DNA from: Candidatus Deianiraeaceae bacterium
GTDB lineage: Bacteria > Pseudomonadota > Alphaproteobacteria > Rickettsiales > Deianiraeaceae
Assembly: GCA_964201065.1 (NCBI GenBank)
Contig: CAXNCX010000001.1
Span: 1 to 30,429, forward strand
Reading direction: 5' to 3'
DNA: 30,429 nucleotides
Below, piece by piece: positions 17,141 through 26,912 of the stretch. Position 1 is the stretch's first letter, and every line of letters starts with the position of its first letter. The notes beneath the pieces were generated by a model. It made no database searches and was not told the DNA's origin. It saw only the letters and a program-made list of their open reading frames with translations. The translations under genes were made by a program, and so were the position numbers.

Positions 17141-19501
17141 ATGTTAATTAAGGTTCTGTTTATATTCTTAATCACATTGAAGTTGTTCGCAAACAACAAC
17201 ATACAAAATTATAATATAGATATTGAAGGCAACCAAAGAATAAGCAACAATGTAATACATGCTTTAGCAGTCCAAACAAATGTAGATGTTGATTCAAAGG
17301 GTTTAAATAGTATAATAAAAACACTATATAAAACTGGTTTATTTTCAGAAATCACAATTAGCTCTGATGAAAAAAAACAGAGCATGAACATTAAAGTAAA
17401 AGAAAATCCTGTTGTAAATGAAATAGTATCAAGAGGTTCAAATAAAATTGATCTAAAAAAAATTAGCACAATGCTAAGCCTAAGAAGTGGTCGTGCATAT
17501 AACAAAGAATCTGTAAAAACGGACTTGGAACAATTAATAGTGTCATATAGAAAAATTGGCTATCGTGATGTAAAAATTGAGCCATATGTTAATTTTTTAG
17601 ACAGAAATCGTGTAGATGTTATTTTTGATATTAAAAAAGGCAAAAAACATGTTATAAACAATATCTACATACATAATAATAAAAAAATAACAAACAGACA
17701 ATTAAAAAATATCTTGAAATCAAAAGAAGGAGTTTTGTGGAATAATAAATTCGAACCAGAGACATTAGAGGTTGACAAAGAAAACATTGAAAGCTATTAC
17801 ACAAGCAAAGGCTTTAAAGATGCAAAAGTAGAAAAAATAGAAATTATTAAAAATGATTTTAAATACAATTTACATTACTATATCTCCGAAAACAGTCTTT
17901 TTAAAATTAACAAAATTACATACGACTATAGAGATATTCACGAAGAAGAAATAACAAACAAACTTCAAAAATTCCTAGATAAAAACAAAACTCTAAAACA
18001 AAACGACATATTCAGTGAAGAAAATATTAAAAAAACCGCCACTGACATTGAAAACTTTTTAATGAATCAAAATCTTCCATCAATAAAAATTGATTATACC
18101 ACTTCAACAAATCAAGATAAAATTGATGTTAATTTTTCAATAAAAAAAGACACCCTATACTACATAAATGAAGTAATAATAAAAGGTAACAGAAATATTC
18201 CAGATAAAGTAATCAGGATAGAGGTTCTTTTATCACCAGGTGATGTATATAATAAGAAAAAACTTGAACAAACAAAACAGCGTTTGAATATCTCTGGCTA
18301 CTTTCAAACTGTGAATATTGAAGAAAAAAAACTACCAAACAACATGATTGACATTGTGATCGATGTGAAAGAAGTAAACACACTAAACTTAGGGCTGTCT
18401 ATTGGATATAACAATCTTTTTGGTGCAATAGGAGAGGTAAATGCACAGAAAAAAGCATTATTTAACAATTGGTATGACGGAGGTTTTACATTTTCAAGGA
18501 GTGGATGGCAAGAAACATACGCAGCAAACATATACAACAGACATTTTAAAGGCACAGATTTGGGACTTGGTATCGATGTATTTAGTTCAAAATCTGGTGC
18601 TTTGCTTAGCAGTAACAGTAATAAACGTCTTGGAGGTGGACTTGGATATCTAGATAACATGGGATTTGAATCTAATGGAGTTAGTATTCGTACAGGATAC
18701 AGAATTACAGAAAATTTAACACAATCTTTGTTTACAACAGTAAAAAGCACAGACTCTTTTGTAAAAGGAGATTTTGCTAAAAATAATCAAATACTTGCAG
18801 AACAATACTACGGGTACTCAACACACATGATTGGACATAGTTTATCTTATGACAAACGAGACAATTCATTTATAACAACGAAAGGTTATGCTGCAAGCCT
18901 TAAACAATTCGTTGCAGGGTCAATGGGTATAGGTTCTCAAAAATTTACTGGAAACGAAGTAAATTTTTCATATTATAAGCCACTTTTTAAAGAAGCTTTA
19001 ATATTTAATTTCAACATTACAGGCGGTATTTTAAATAACTTTGGTAATCAATCAATAGGTAGCGACAACAGATACAGCCTTGGATATTACAACTTAAGAG
19101 GATTTTCTTTCTTAGGTGCTGGACCAACAGTACAAACAGAAAAAGCAGACGGTAGCACTCAAAATCTTGGTTTTAGTATACGAGGCAATAAGTACTTCTC
19201 GGGAACTTTTGATTTATCTTTTCCGATATCTGGAGGAGAAAGTCCTTTAAGAGGTTCTGTCTTTTTTGATTTTGGAACTCTAACTGGCGTAGATGGTTCT
19301 CAAAAAATAACAAGATCAGACGGCAGTACTGAAAGAATTCTTGACTCTGGATTAATTAGAACTGCCGTAGGTGTAGGTATTGTTTGGCATTCTTCTATAA
19401 TGGGCCCTATACGACTTGATTTTGCTCAAGCTTTACAACGCGAAACATATGACAGAACAGTGAATTTTATGATAAGAATTGGAAATGTTAGTGGATTTTA
19501 A
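17141..19501 (+). CDS. bamA: Outer membrane protein assembly factor BamA
   Basis: Signal peptide and POTRA repeats (IEGNQRI, IKGNRNI..VIR.E), barrel with YDKRDN, loop-6 LRGF, RTAVGVG..W.S.MGPIRLDFA and a terminal Phe. Confidence 0.96.
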   Translation: MLIKVLFIFLITLKLFANNNIQNYNIDIEGNQRISNNVIHALAVQTNVDVDSKGLNSIIKTLYKTGLFSEITISSDEKKQSMNIKVKENPVVNEIVSRGSNKIDLKKISTMLSLRSGRAYNKESVKTDLEQLIVSYRKIGYRDVKIEPYVNFLDRNRVDVIFDIKKGKKHVINNIYIHNNKKITNRQLKNILKSKEGVLWNNKFEPETLEVDKENIESYYTSKGFKDAKVEKIEIIKNDFKYNLHYYISENSLFKINKITYDYRDIHEEEITNKLQKFLDKNKTLKQNDIFSEENIKKTATDIENFLMNQNLPSIKIDYTTSTNQDKIDVNFSIKKDTLYYINEVIIKGNRNIPDKVIRIEVLLSPGDVYNKKKLEQTKQRLNISGYFQTVNIEEKKLPNNMIDIVIDVKEVNTLNLGLSIGYNNLFGAIGEVNAQKKALFNNWYDGGFTFSRSGWQETYAANIYNRHFKGTDLGLGIDVFSSKSGALLSSNSNKRLGGGLGYLDNMGFESNGVSIRTGYRITENLTQSLFTTVKSTDSFVKGDFAKNNQILAEQYYGYSTHMIGHSLSYDKRDNSFITTKGYAASLKQFVAGSMGIGSQKFTGNEVNFSYYKPLFKEALIFNFNITGGILNNFGNQSIGSDNRYSLGYYNLRGFSFLGAGPTVQTEKADGSTQNLGFSIRGNKYFSGTFDLSFPISGGESPLRGSVFFDFGTLTGVDGSQKITRSDGSTERILDSGLIRTAVGVGIVWHSSIMGPIRLDFAQALQRETYDRTVNFMIRIGNVSGF

Positions 19502-19538
19502 AAATTATACGACTATTTAATTTAAAAAGACTATATAT

Positions 19539-19988
19539 ATGAAAATAATATTTTTATCAATATTCACTTTAATAAGTGTAAATGTAAAAGCAGAAAAGCC
19601 TGAGAATCAAATATTCGAATTAATTTACAGTAAAAATATACTATCTGCAAAAAAATTAATTCTAAACAAACCAGAGATTTTAAGTATAAAAGGCAAGTTT
19701 GGACAGACACCTCTAATTGCTGCAACAAATTTAAACAGAAAAGAATTGATTGAACTTATAATTAAAAATAGCAAAACTATCAATGAACAAGATCTAGGAG
19801 GAGCAACAGCTTTGCACATTGCGGCAAGAAATGGCAATACAGAGATTGTAAAATTACTTATTGATAACGGTGCAAATTTAAACATACACGACAACCAAGA
19901 CTACACACCTTTAACGAGAGCGTTGGAATTTCAAAGACACGATATAGTAGAGTTAATTAGACAGAAATCAAAGACTAAAGCTAGTTAA
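19539..19988 (+). CDS. Small ankyrin-repeat protein with Sec-type signal peptide
   Basis: MKIIFLSIFTLISVNVKA signal; about three ankyrin repeats (GQTPLIAA, GATALHIAARNGNTEIVKLLIDNGA, DYTPLTRA). Confidence 0.9.
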   Translation: MKIIFLSIFTLISVNVKAEKPENQIFELIYSKNILSAKKLILNKPEILSIKGKFGQTPLIAATNLNRKELIELIIKNSKTINEQDLGGATALHIAARNGNTEIVKLLIDNGANLNIHDNQDYTPLTRALEFQRHDIVELIRQKSKTKAS

Positions 19989-20008
19989 TTTTTTGGCTAG
20001 TTAATTTT
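19980..20008. repeat. 13-bp direct repeat spanning two convergent stop codons
   Basis: GCTAGTTAATTTT at 19980-19992 and 19996-20008. Confidence 0.7.
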
Positions 20009-20728
20009 CTTTATATTTTCTTCAACGGCATTTTTTATTTGTTCACAGCTAAAAGCATTAATTTTTATACCATTAACATACAAAACGGGAACAGCTGATA
20101 TTTCAAATTTTTTAATAACATCTTGTGTGTTTTCAATAACTTGATTTTTTATTTTATCATCCGTCAAACATCTCTCAATCTCAGATTGTGTAATTATTCC
20201 AGTTTTAACAACATAAGCATCTAATGTATTTACAATTTCGTTTACAGGCTTAAGTTCGTCTTGTTCATTTAGTATTATATTTCTTTGATTCTCAAAAATT
20301 GTAGAAAGTATTTTATAGTATGCTTCGCTGTTTTTAACTGCACATAACAATATCTGTTGTACTCTAAAAGAAATCAAATTTGATGGTATAGTTTTGAATA
20401 TAATTTTTAATTTACCGTTTTTAAAATAATCTTGTTGTTGTAGTTGTTGCAAACATGTATATTTTGAGGCACAATGAGTGCATGTTGTGTCTCCGACTAT
20501 ATAAAGCTCAGTTTTTGCTTTTTTATTTCCAAGAAAATAATCAGAATCTTCTAATAAATAATCCTTAGACACTCTTCTGCTGTCAAGTTTTATTTTGTAA
20601 TCATAAGCCTTATAACCACACTGAGCAATGCCAATTGAAGCTGTGAAAACAATAAATGTAAACTGACCTTTTGTGAGCTTCGATTTAATTTCTTTAAGAC
20701 GATTTACAATTTCTCTTAAATTAGCCAT
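19997..20728 (-). CDS. DsbA-family thiol:disulfide oxidoreductase with N-terminal membrane anchor
   Basis: LGNKKAK..LYIVGDTTCTHC (CxxC) and C-terminal ISAVPVLYVNG (cis-Pro loop). ATG 20728 is preferred over the start at 20746. Confidence 0.85.
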   Translation of the reverse strand: MANLREIVNRLKEIKSKLTKGQFTFIVFTASIGIAQCGYKAYDYKIKLDSRRVSKDYLLEDSDYFLGNKKAKTELYIVGDTTCTHCASKYTCLQQLQQQDYFKNGKLKIIFKTIPSNLISFRVQQILLCAVKNSEAYYKILSTIFENQRNIILNEQDELKPVNEIVNTLDAYVVKTGIITQSEIERCLTDDKIKNQVIENTQDVIKKFEISAVPVLYVNGIKINAFSCEQIKNAVEENIKKIN

Positions 20729-20739
20729 AAAAACTTCTC

Positions 20740-21312
20740 TTACCAAAAGAAATATGACACGCCGAATTTTAAAATGTCAATATTATTTTCTTCGGTGCCA
20801 AGCTTCACATTAATAAGTCTTTCATATCCTACAAACAACCTACACCATCCTAAAACTCTAGTTTCTAGACCAAGATGAATTTTTGGCACAGAATCAGAAT
20901 AAGATAATGCTGAAACATTTGCAGCTCCTCCTCCAGCTACAAACTCAAAAGAAGTAGCCATTACATCAAATGCAGGAATGTAAAACAATAAATCAGCAGA
21001 ATGTACATTATAGTCAACATTAACATTTTTATTATCTTGACGAGCAAGTTTAATGTATTTATATTCCACGCCAACATTTCTATGAATTCTTAGTCCGGCA
21101 GTAGCGCCAAAGTTTTCAAAACCAGTCAAGTCACTAGATATACTGCAATTTTGTGATTTCAAAGAAGTTCCGTCAACAGCAACTCTTCCAGCGTAGTCTA
21201 GTCCAACATATGGTTTCATTAGCAAACCAAATGATTCTGATTTTGCAGAAAATGAAAATAAGACTGCCAAAGCCAAGGAAAGTGATTTAAAACGAACAAA
21301 AATAAATTTCAT
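20740..21312 (-). CDS. Small outer-membrane beta-barrel protein (paralog B)
   Basis: Signal peptide, amphipathic strands (KPYVG, GVEYKY, HLGLET) and an aromatic C-terminus GVSYFFW. Paralogous to 21461-22039. Confidence 0.8.
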   Translation of the reverse strand: MKFIFVRFKSLSLALAVLFSFSAKSESFGLLMKPYVGLDYAGRVAVDGTSLKSQNCSISSDLTGFENFGATAGLRIHRNVGVEYKYIKLARQDNKNVNVDYNVHSADLLFYIPAFDVMATSFEFVAGGGAANVSALSYSDSVPKIHLGLETRVLGWCRLFVGYERLINVKLGTEENNIDILKFGVSYFFW

Positions 21313-21460
21313 ATCCTAACAATTAAATTTTCAACTATTAGACATATAATTTCTGTTTAATTATATTTTACAAGAAAATTTTTAAAAAATTCTCTTTTAG
21401 ATGTATATTTACTATGTATTTACTGGCTTTAAACCAAATTATGTATGCTAAAAATTATTT

Positions 21461-22039
21461 CTACAAGAAAAACATCGATAAACCTATTTTAAAAACCTCA
21501 ATATCTGACTTTATCGTTGCCAGATCAACATCTATGTATTTTTCGTAGCTTCCGAAAATTCTAAATATACCGAAAATCGTAGTTTCAAGACCAGCATGAA
21601 CCCTTGTTACATCACTCTTTATATTATTTGCCTCAACTTTAGCAGCACCAACTCCACCAAAAACTCCAAATCCTGTACCAATTAAATCAAAAAAATTATA
21701 ATATAAATTTAGATTTAAACTCTGCATATTATATGTGTAGTCAACTTTTTGTTCTGACAAGGTTCGTGCAAATTTTGTATAATCATAGTCTATTCCAAAA
21801 TTTTCATGTATTTTAATCCCTGTATGAAAACTTAAATTTTCAAGCTTAAACAAGTCATCAAATATACTTGCATTTTGAGATGCTAAACTTTTTCCCTGTA
21901 CGGTTCCGTCATAAATATAAGCGGCTCCAATGTAAGGTTTTAACATAAAATTTAAAGGCAATGGAATTGCTTTAACAGAAAAAACTGTTAAGAAGTATGT
22001 AAACAAAATAATAATGTAAATTGACTTAATACTCTTCAT
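21461..22039 (-). CDS. Small outer-membrane beta-barrel protein (paralog A)
   Basis: Signal peptide, KPYIG, GIDYDY, HAGLET and C-terminal KIGLSMFFL. Aligns end to end with paralog B. Confidence 0.8.
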   Translation of the reverse strand: MKSIKSIYIIILFTYFLTVFSVKAIPLPLNFMLKPYIGAAYIYDGTVQGKSLASQNASIFDDLFKLENLSFHTGIKIHENFGIDYDYTKFARTLSEQKVDYTYNMQSLNLNLYYNFFDLIGTGFGVFGGVGAAKVEANNIKSDVTRVHAGLETTIFGIFRIFGSYEKYIDVDLATIKSDIEVFKIGLSMFFL

Positions 22040-22156
22040 ACAAAAACAACATTTTTATTATTATTGTTAAAATAAAAATATATTTTGCAATAAAAGTTGT
22101 ATTATTAATACATTTTTCTCCTTAAAAGAGAAAATAAAACGCTAAAAAATCTTTGT

Positions 22157-24532
22157 TTATCTAGCCTGAAAGCCATCGCGAATAATTCCTCCTATTTCAG
22201 TTAAAACGAGAGATATAATTTCAGATTGTATTTTATCTATCTCAAATTTTTCAAGCACAACATTTGGATATAGAATTAGTTCAAGTGAAATTGATTTTTT
22301 ATCCTTTGGAATTCCATCCCCTTGATATACCTCATTTAAAAATAATTTGTGTTTATATTTTTTACAAACTTTTGAGAAAACTACCTTCAAGTCTTTAAAA
22401 CAAACATCTTTATCGACAATAAAAGAAAACTCTCTAATAACTGGCTGAATTTTTGTATCAATATATGGCGATTTTTGAATCTGAGTAATAGAATTTGGAA
22501 AAATCTCAAAAAAGCCTACAGTGTTTTTAATATTTTTAAAATTAGCGTTTAATATTTCCGGATGAACTTCTCCAAATTGAGCAACTAAAATATCTTTATA
22601 AAACAATCCAAACACATTATAAGGATGAGCATATTTAATATCAACATGACCGAAAGTCAACTTTTCAAGATCAACACTATAGACGGCCTCTAAAATATTA
22701 AAAATATCTTTTTTCACAGCTAGTAAATTATTATCTTGTGTATTTGAAAACGCATCTTGCTTGTACACACCTATTCTAATTCCAGATATGTTGGCTTTCT
22801 GTCCATCATCTGTAGAGCTAGAAAAACAGAGCCCTGTTTCAAAACATCCGAATAATTTTTTATCTATATGAAAATTATTATTAGCATTTTCAAGCAAACC
22901 TATAATTAAATTAGGTCTCATATAGTTCATAATGGAAGAATGTGAGTTTAATAAAAATAAATCATCTTGCACAGGAAGATTGAATTTCTTTACTAATTCT
23001 GAATCAATAAAAGAAAAATTTACCTGTTCATTCAGCCCAGACATCGTAAGAATTTTTCTTACACTCATCAACTTATTATAAAATTTATCTTCATCTGAAT
23101 ATGTACGATTTAAGTTGATAAAAGACAGAGATGGCTCTGCTTTTATATTGTCATATCCATAAAATCTTCCAACTTCTTCAGCCAAATCTGCATTATTGAA
23201 TATGTCATGCCTGTGAGAAGGTATTATATATTCGTGCTTGCTTTTATTTTTAAAACCAAGTTTTTGAAGCACATTAAATATAAAATCATCTTCAATGTTT
23301 TCACCAATTATCTCTCGTATTTCTGATACATCTAATGCAATTGTGTTTTCTGATAAAGTTCTTACATCTTCTATGTAAGAACTGCACTCACCTCCACATA
23401 AATTTAATATCATCTCAACTGCCATGCTTAAAGCAAGTTTTGTCATTAGAGGATCTATTCCGCGTTCGAATCTGAAACTCGATTGAGTTTTACAGTTAAG
23501 CTTTTGTGAAGAATAAGCTATTTTTTCTTTTTTAAAGGACACAGCCTCTAACAATACATTTGAACTAAGCATGTCAGTCTTTGAATTTTCACCGCCAATA
23601 ACTCCAGCAATACAAACAGGTTTTTGACTGTCACTAACTAAAAGCATTCTATCATCAAGATTGTATTTATTACCATCAAGACCCATAAACTCTCCTTTCG
23701 CATACTTTAAAAATAAATCTCCGTCAATCTTTTTTGCATCATAGCTGTGCATCGGCTGACCACACACATACATTGAATAATTCAAAATATCAACAACAGC
23801 ATTGTTAGGCTTGCAACCATAAAGATGTAAAATTACTTTCAACCAATCCGGAGAAGTTTTGTTTTGTATGTTTTTTAATTCAATTGCATAAAACGACATC
23901 TCATCGATGCTTCGTACAGATTTTTCTGATCTAAAAGTAGACTTTAAGTCTGATAAATTTGGTATTTCAAAACTTTTATTAAAAGCAACCGACAACTCTC
24001 GTGCAACGCCTAAAATACTAGCACAGTCGCCTTTGTTAGGAGTCAAGGCAATATCAATAAATACATCATCAATATTTAAATACTCTGAAAATTCACGCCC
24101 GAGCCCTATTTCATCTTGACTTTCCCAAATTCCTTGTTGTTCGACTCCAAGTGCCAATTCATCTAAAGAGCAAAGCATGCCTTGACTTTCAACACCTCTA
24201 ATTTTTGATTTTTTAATTTTAAAATCAGCTCCTCTAATATATGCGTCAACTTTAGCCATTGCAACATAAATGCCAGCCCTTGCATTAGCTGCACCACATA
24301 CAATTTGATATTCATTTTGTCCATCAAAAACTCTACACACTTTAAGCTTGTCAGCATCTGGATGTTGTTTTGTTTCAATAATTTTTGCAATAACTATGTT
24401 AGCAAGCTCGTCTTTTAAGTTAAAATTTGCTTCTGTTTCTAGACCAATTGAATTTAGTTTTGCTAAAATATCTTCTACAGACAGCCCTGATAAATCAACA
24501 AATTTAGACAGCAGTTTTAAGTTTATGATCAT
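22157..24532 (-). CDS. pheT: Phenylalanine--tRNA ligase beta subunit
   Basis: HPDADKLKVC, IVCGAANAR, IRGVESQGMLCSLDEL, LTPNKGDCASILGVARE, GQPMHSYD, SSFRFERGID, DLAEEVGRFYGY and a C-terminal FDX-ACB domain. Confidence 0.97.
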   Translation of the reverse strand: MIINLKLLSKFVDLSGLSVEDILAKLNSIGLETEANFNLKDELANIVIAKIIETKQHPDADKLKVCRVFDGQNEYQIVCGAANARAGIYVAMAKVDAYIRGADFKIKKSKIRGVESQGMLCSLDELALGVEQQGIWESQDEIGLGREFSEYLNIDDVFIDIALTPNKGDCASILGVARELSVAFNKSFEIPNLSDLKSTFRSEKSVRSIDEMSFYAIELKNIQNKTSPDWLKVILHLYGCKPNNAVVDILNYSMYVCGQPMHSYDAKKIDGDLFLKYAKGEFMGLDGNKYNLDDRMLLVSDSQKPVCIAGVIGGENSKTDMLSSNVLLEAVSFKKEKIAYSSQKLNCKTQSSFRFERGIDPLMTKLALSMAVEMILNLCGGECSSYIEDVRTLSENTIALDVSEIREIIGENIEDDFIFNVLQKLGFKNKSKHEYIIPSHRHDIFNNADLAEEVGRFYGYDNIKAEPSLSFINLNRTYSDEDKFYNKLMSVRKILTMSGLNEQVNFSFIDSELVKKFNLPVQDDLFLLNSHSSIMNYMRPNLIIGLLENANNNFHIDKKLFGCFETGLCFSSSTDDGQKANISGIRIGVYKQDAFSNTQDNNLLAVKKDIFNILEAVYSVDLEKLTFGHVDIKYAHPYNVFGLFYKDILVAQFGEVHPEILNANFKNIKNTVGFFEIFPNSITQIQKSPYIDTKIQPVIREFSFIVDKDVCFKDLKVVFSKVCKKYKHKLFLNEVYQGDGIPKDKKSISLELILYPNVVLEKFEIDKIQSEIISLVLTEIGGIIRDGFQAR

Positions 24533-25658
24533 TTTTAATTACTTTTTCCAACAAAAAAACTACAGCGAAATATATTAAAAGCAATCCATAAATGAATAAT
24601 ATGTTTCTTTTTAACAAAATTGGTACATATGCTGACAAAAATATACCTAGATAAATAAAAACAGTAATTAAGCTAGATACACGACCAATAATATTTTTAT
24701 TAATTCCATCTGTAATCCAAGGGTTTAAACTTGGAGGCAAATAGCCCATTGGAATGTATAAAAACGCAATTGACAAAATAATCATAGGAATATTTGAAGC
24801 ATGTGGAAAAATAGTGTAGCCACCGAATAACATAACACAACACAAAGTATGCAATATAAAATCAGAGACATTCGTGAATTTGGCACGATAAATAAAAGTA
24901 AAAATAATTGATATAATTGATCCAGAAGATATTATGTAAGTTGTGTGCAGTTCGTTATAAAAACCTATATTTCTGAGTTTGAACGGTATTTCTACTGCCA
25001 TGCCATAAAAAAACATAAAACTAATACTCACACATACTGGTATTAAGTATGTCTTTAAAGGCAAACCCTTAAAGCCTTCGACAATTGAAACATTACGCGT
25101 TGTTGTTGATTGATGTCTTTGCAGTGAAAGATTAAACACAAAACCGACAATACCTGCGAAAAAATATATTAAGAAAACTGAGCGTAGGTTGATTTTTTGC
25201 ATAACAAAAGTTGTTATAAATGTAGTGCTCAAAACTGCACACACCATAAGTATACTATGAATTGAAAAAAATTGCTTTCTATCATTTTTATCTTCAATAT
25301 ATGTCGCAGCATATGAAAAAGTTGATGTCATAATCATCGCATTTGATATTCCAAGAACACCTCTAAATGCTGTAAAAATAAATAAATCTTGAACATTGTA
25401 AAGCACAATTCCAGACAAAGACATTAAAAGACAACCACAGAGCATTATTAATTTAGCCCCAAATCTGTCTATAGTCAGGCCTGAAAAAAAAGCAGTTACA
25501 CCACAAACCAAAGATGAAAATGTTATAACAAAAGAAGTTTTTTCTTCTGAAATATTAAAAAAATTTTGAATACTTGTCGATATAGGAATCATTCCTGTGA
25601 CGATAAAGAATGTAGAAAAAGAGGAAAAGATAAGCGCAATTTTCTGTATTAATTTCAT
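24504..25658 (-). CDS. MFS transporter (12-TM, DHA1-like), substrate unknown
   Basis: Motif A GLTIDRFGAK, FRGVLG and about 12 hydrophobic segments. Overlaps the pheT start by 29 bp. Confidence 0.85.
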   Translation of the reverse strand: MKLIQKIALIFSSFSTFFIVTGMIPISTSIQNFFNISEEKTSFVITFSSLVCGVTAFFSGLTIDRFGAKLIMLCGCLLMSLSGIVLYNVQDLFIFTAFRGVLGISNAMIMTSTFSYAATYIEDKNDRKQFFSIHSILMVCAVLSTTFITTFVMQKINLRSVFLIYFFAGIVGFVFNLSLQRHQSTTTRNVSIVEGFKGLPLKTYLIPVCVSISFMFFYGMAVEIPFKLRNIGFYNELHTTYIISSGSIISIIFTFIYRAKFTNVSDFILHTLCCVMLFGGYTIFPHASNIPMIILSIAFLYIPMGYLPPSLNPWITDGINKNIIGRVSSLITVFIYLGIFLSAYVPILLKRNILFIYGLLLIYFAVVFLLEKVIKNDHKLKTAV

Positions 25659-25673
25659 AAAATATATACTTAA

Positions 25674-26912
25674 TTAAGATTTGAGTTTGTATCCCTCTTT
25701 GCGTGCCCTATTAATTATTTTTCTTAATTTTACACGATTTATCCTACTTAAATAGTCATTTAAAAACATCAACAACACAGAGATAAATAGCATTAATATT
25801 GCACATACAAAGAAAGAATTTCTTACACTCGTAAATTTTGTTAATGGCAACATAAGTATTGGAGACAAAAATTTACCTAAAAATGTTGCAGTAGTGTACC
25901 AGCCAATTACAATACTTCTGTTTTTTGGTCTTGTAATGCTAATAATCCAAAGAATACTATTTGGCATTAAAAAACCCATACCAATTCCACAAATTGCCAT
26001 GCTAAAAAGTATGGCATAATAACTTTTAACATGGCTTATTAAAATATAGCTAAACGCAAATATTGCAAAACCCATTGCACACATTATTGCAAAATCACGA
26101 TTTTTTTTGACTCGTTTATATTTGGCAGAAAATATCGCAGCAAGCATCGTCTCTACACAAAGTGCAGTTGCAACAGATTTTGCATTCATATTTGGAAGTG
26201 CGTATATAATAAATGGTAGCTGTAGTTTTATTAGATAAAACATAGTCATTATACACATATTAATTATACATATTGCCGTAATAAGATAGTTGTTTTGTAG
26301 AATAAATTGATTTTGAAAAATATCCGGATTTTCTTCAGTTTTATCTTGAGAAGGTTCAAATAAAAACAACATTGCAAAAGGGAGTATTATAGCAGCGCTT
26401 AAATATATTAAAAAAATATATCTCCAACTAATATCTGCTAAAACTCCGCTAAGCATAGTATATATAACGCTTCCAACAGACATGGTGGTAGATTGTAAGC
26501 CAACGATCAAACTTCTTTCTTTTGGATTTGTAAAATATTCAGCAATCATTGCGGTTGCAGATGTCATGATACATGCAATTGATATTCCAACAAAAATTCT
26601 AGCAAACAATATAGTGTGTAAATTTTTTAAATAAAAACCAGAACTACCAAATAACGCATAAATAAAAAGACCTGCAAACAACACAAATCTTTTGTTTTTA
26701 ATTCTAGTAGAAAGCATTCCAATTAAAGGAGATGAAATTGCTATAAACAAATTAGGTAAAACTACCAAAAGCTTCAATAAGGCTTTAACATTTGCAACAT
26801 CTGAAAAAGCATCACTCATAAGAGGTATTGCTGGAGATATAACACCAGTGCACATTGTTGATAGACTTGAGGACATCAGTAACAGCATTTTAATCGCAAA
26901 TTTGTGCTTCAT
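25674..26912 (-). CDS. MFS transporter (12-TM, DHA1-like), substrate unknown
   Basis: ISPAIPLMS, ARIFVGIS, ADISWRYIFLIY and about 12 TM. ATGA overlap with the secD stop. Confidence 0.88.
   Translation of the reverse strand: MKHKFAIKMLLLMSSSLSTMCTGVISPAIPLMSDAFSDVANVKALLKLLVVLPNLFIAISSPLIGMLSTRIKNKRFVLFAGLFIYALFGSSGFYLKNLHTILFARIFVGISIACIMTSATAMIAEYFTNPKERSLIVGLQSTTMSVGSVIYTMLSGVLADISWRYIFLIYLSAAIILPFAMLFLFEPSQDKTEENPDIFQNQFILQNNYLITAICIINMCIMTMFYLIKLQLPFIIYALPNMNAKSVATALCVETMLAAIFSAKYKRVKKNRDFAIMCAMGFAIFAFSYILISHVKSYYAILFSMAICGIGMGFLMPNSILWIISITRPKNRSIVIGWYTTATFLGKFLSPILMLPLTKFTSVRNSFFVCAILMLFISVLLMFLNDYLSRINRVKLRKIINRARKEGYKLKS

Noticed and set aside
19141-19340. Repeated DGST turn in two BamA loops (KADGSTQ / RSDGSTE)
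   Set aside because: A common beta-turn motif, too short to show duplication.
21357-21371. TTAA-N7-TTAC, a CtrA-like box upstream of OMP paralog B
   Set aside because: Imperfect match in extremely AT-rich DNA; not distinguishable from background.
22105-22134. TTTTCTC/GAGAAAA hairpin with AAGGAG-ATG-TAT-TAA on the minus strand after pheT
   Set aside because: The stem is weak and AT-rich with no U-tract in the pheT direction, there is no supporting promoter, and such a minigene is expected by chance.
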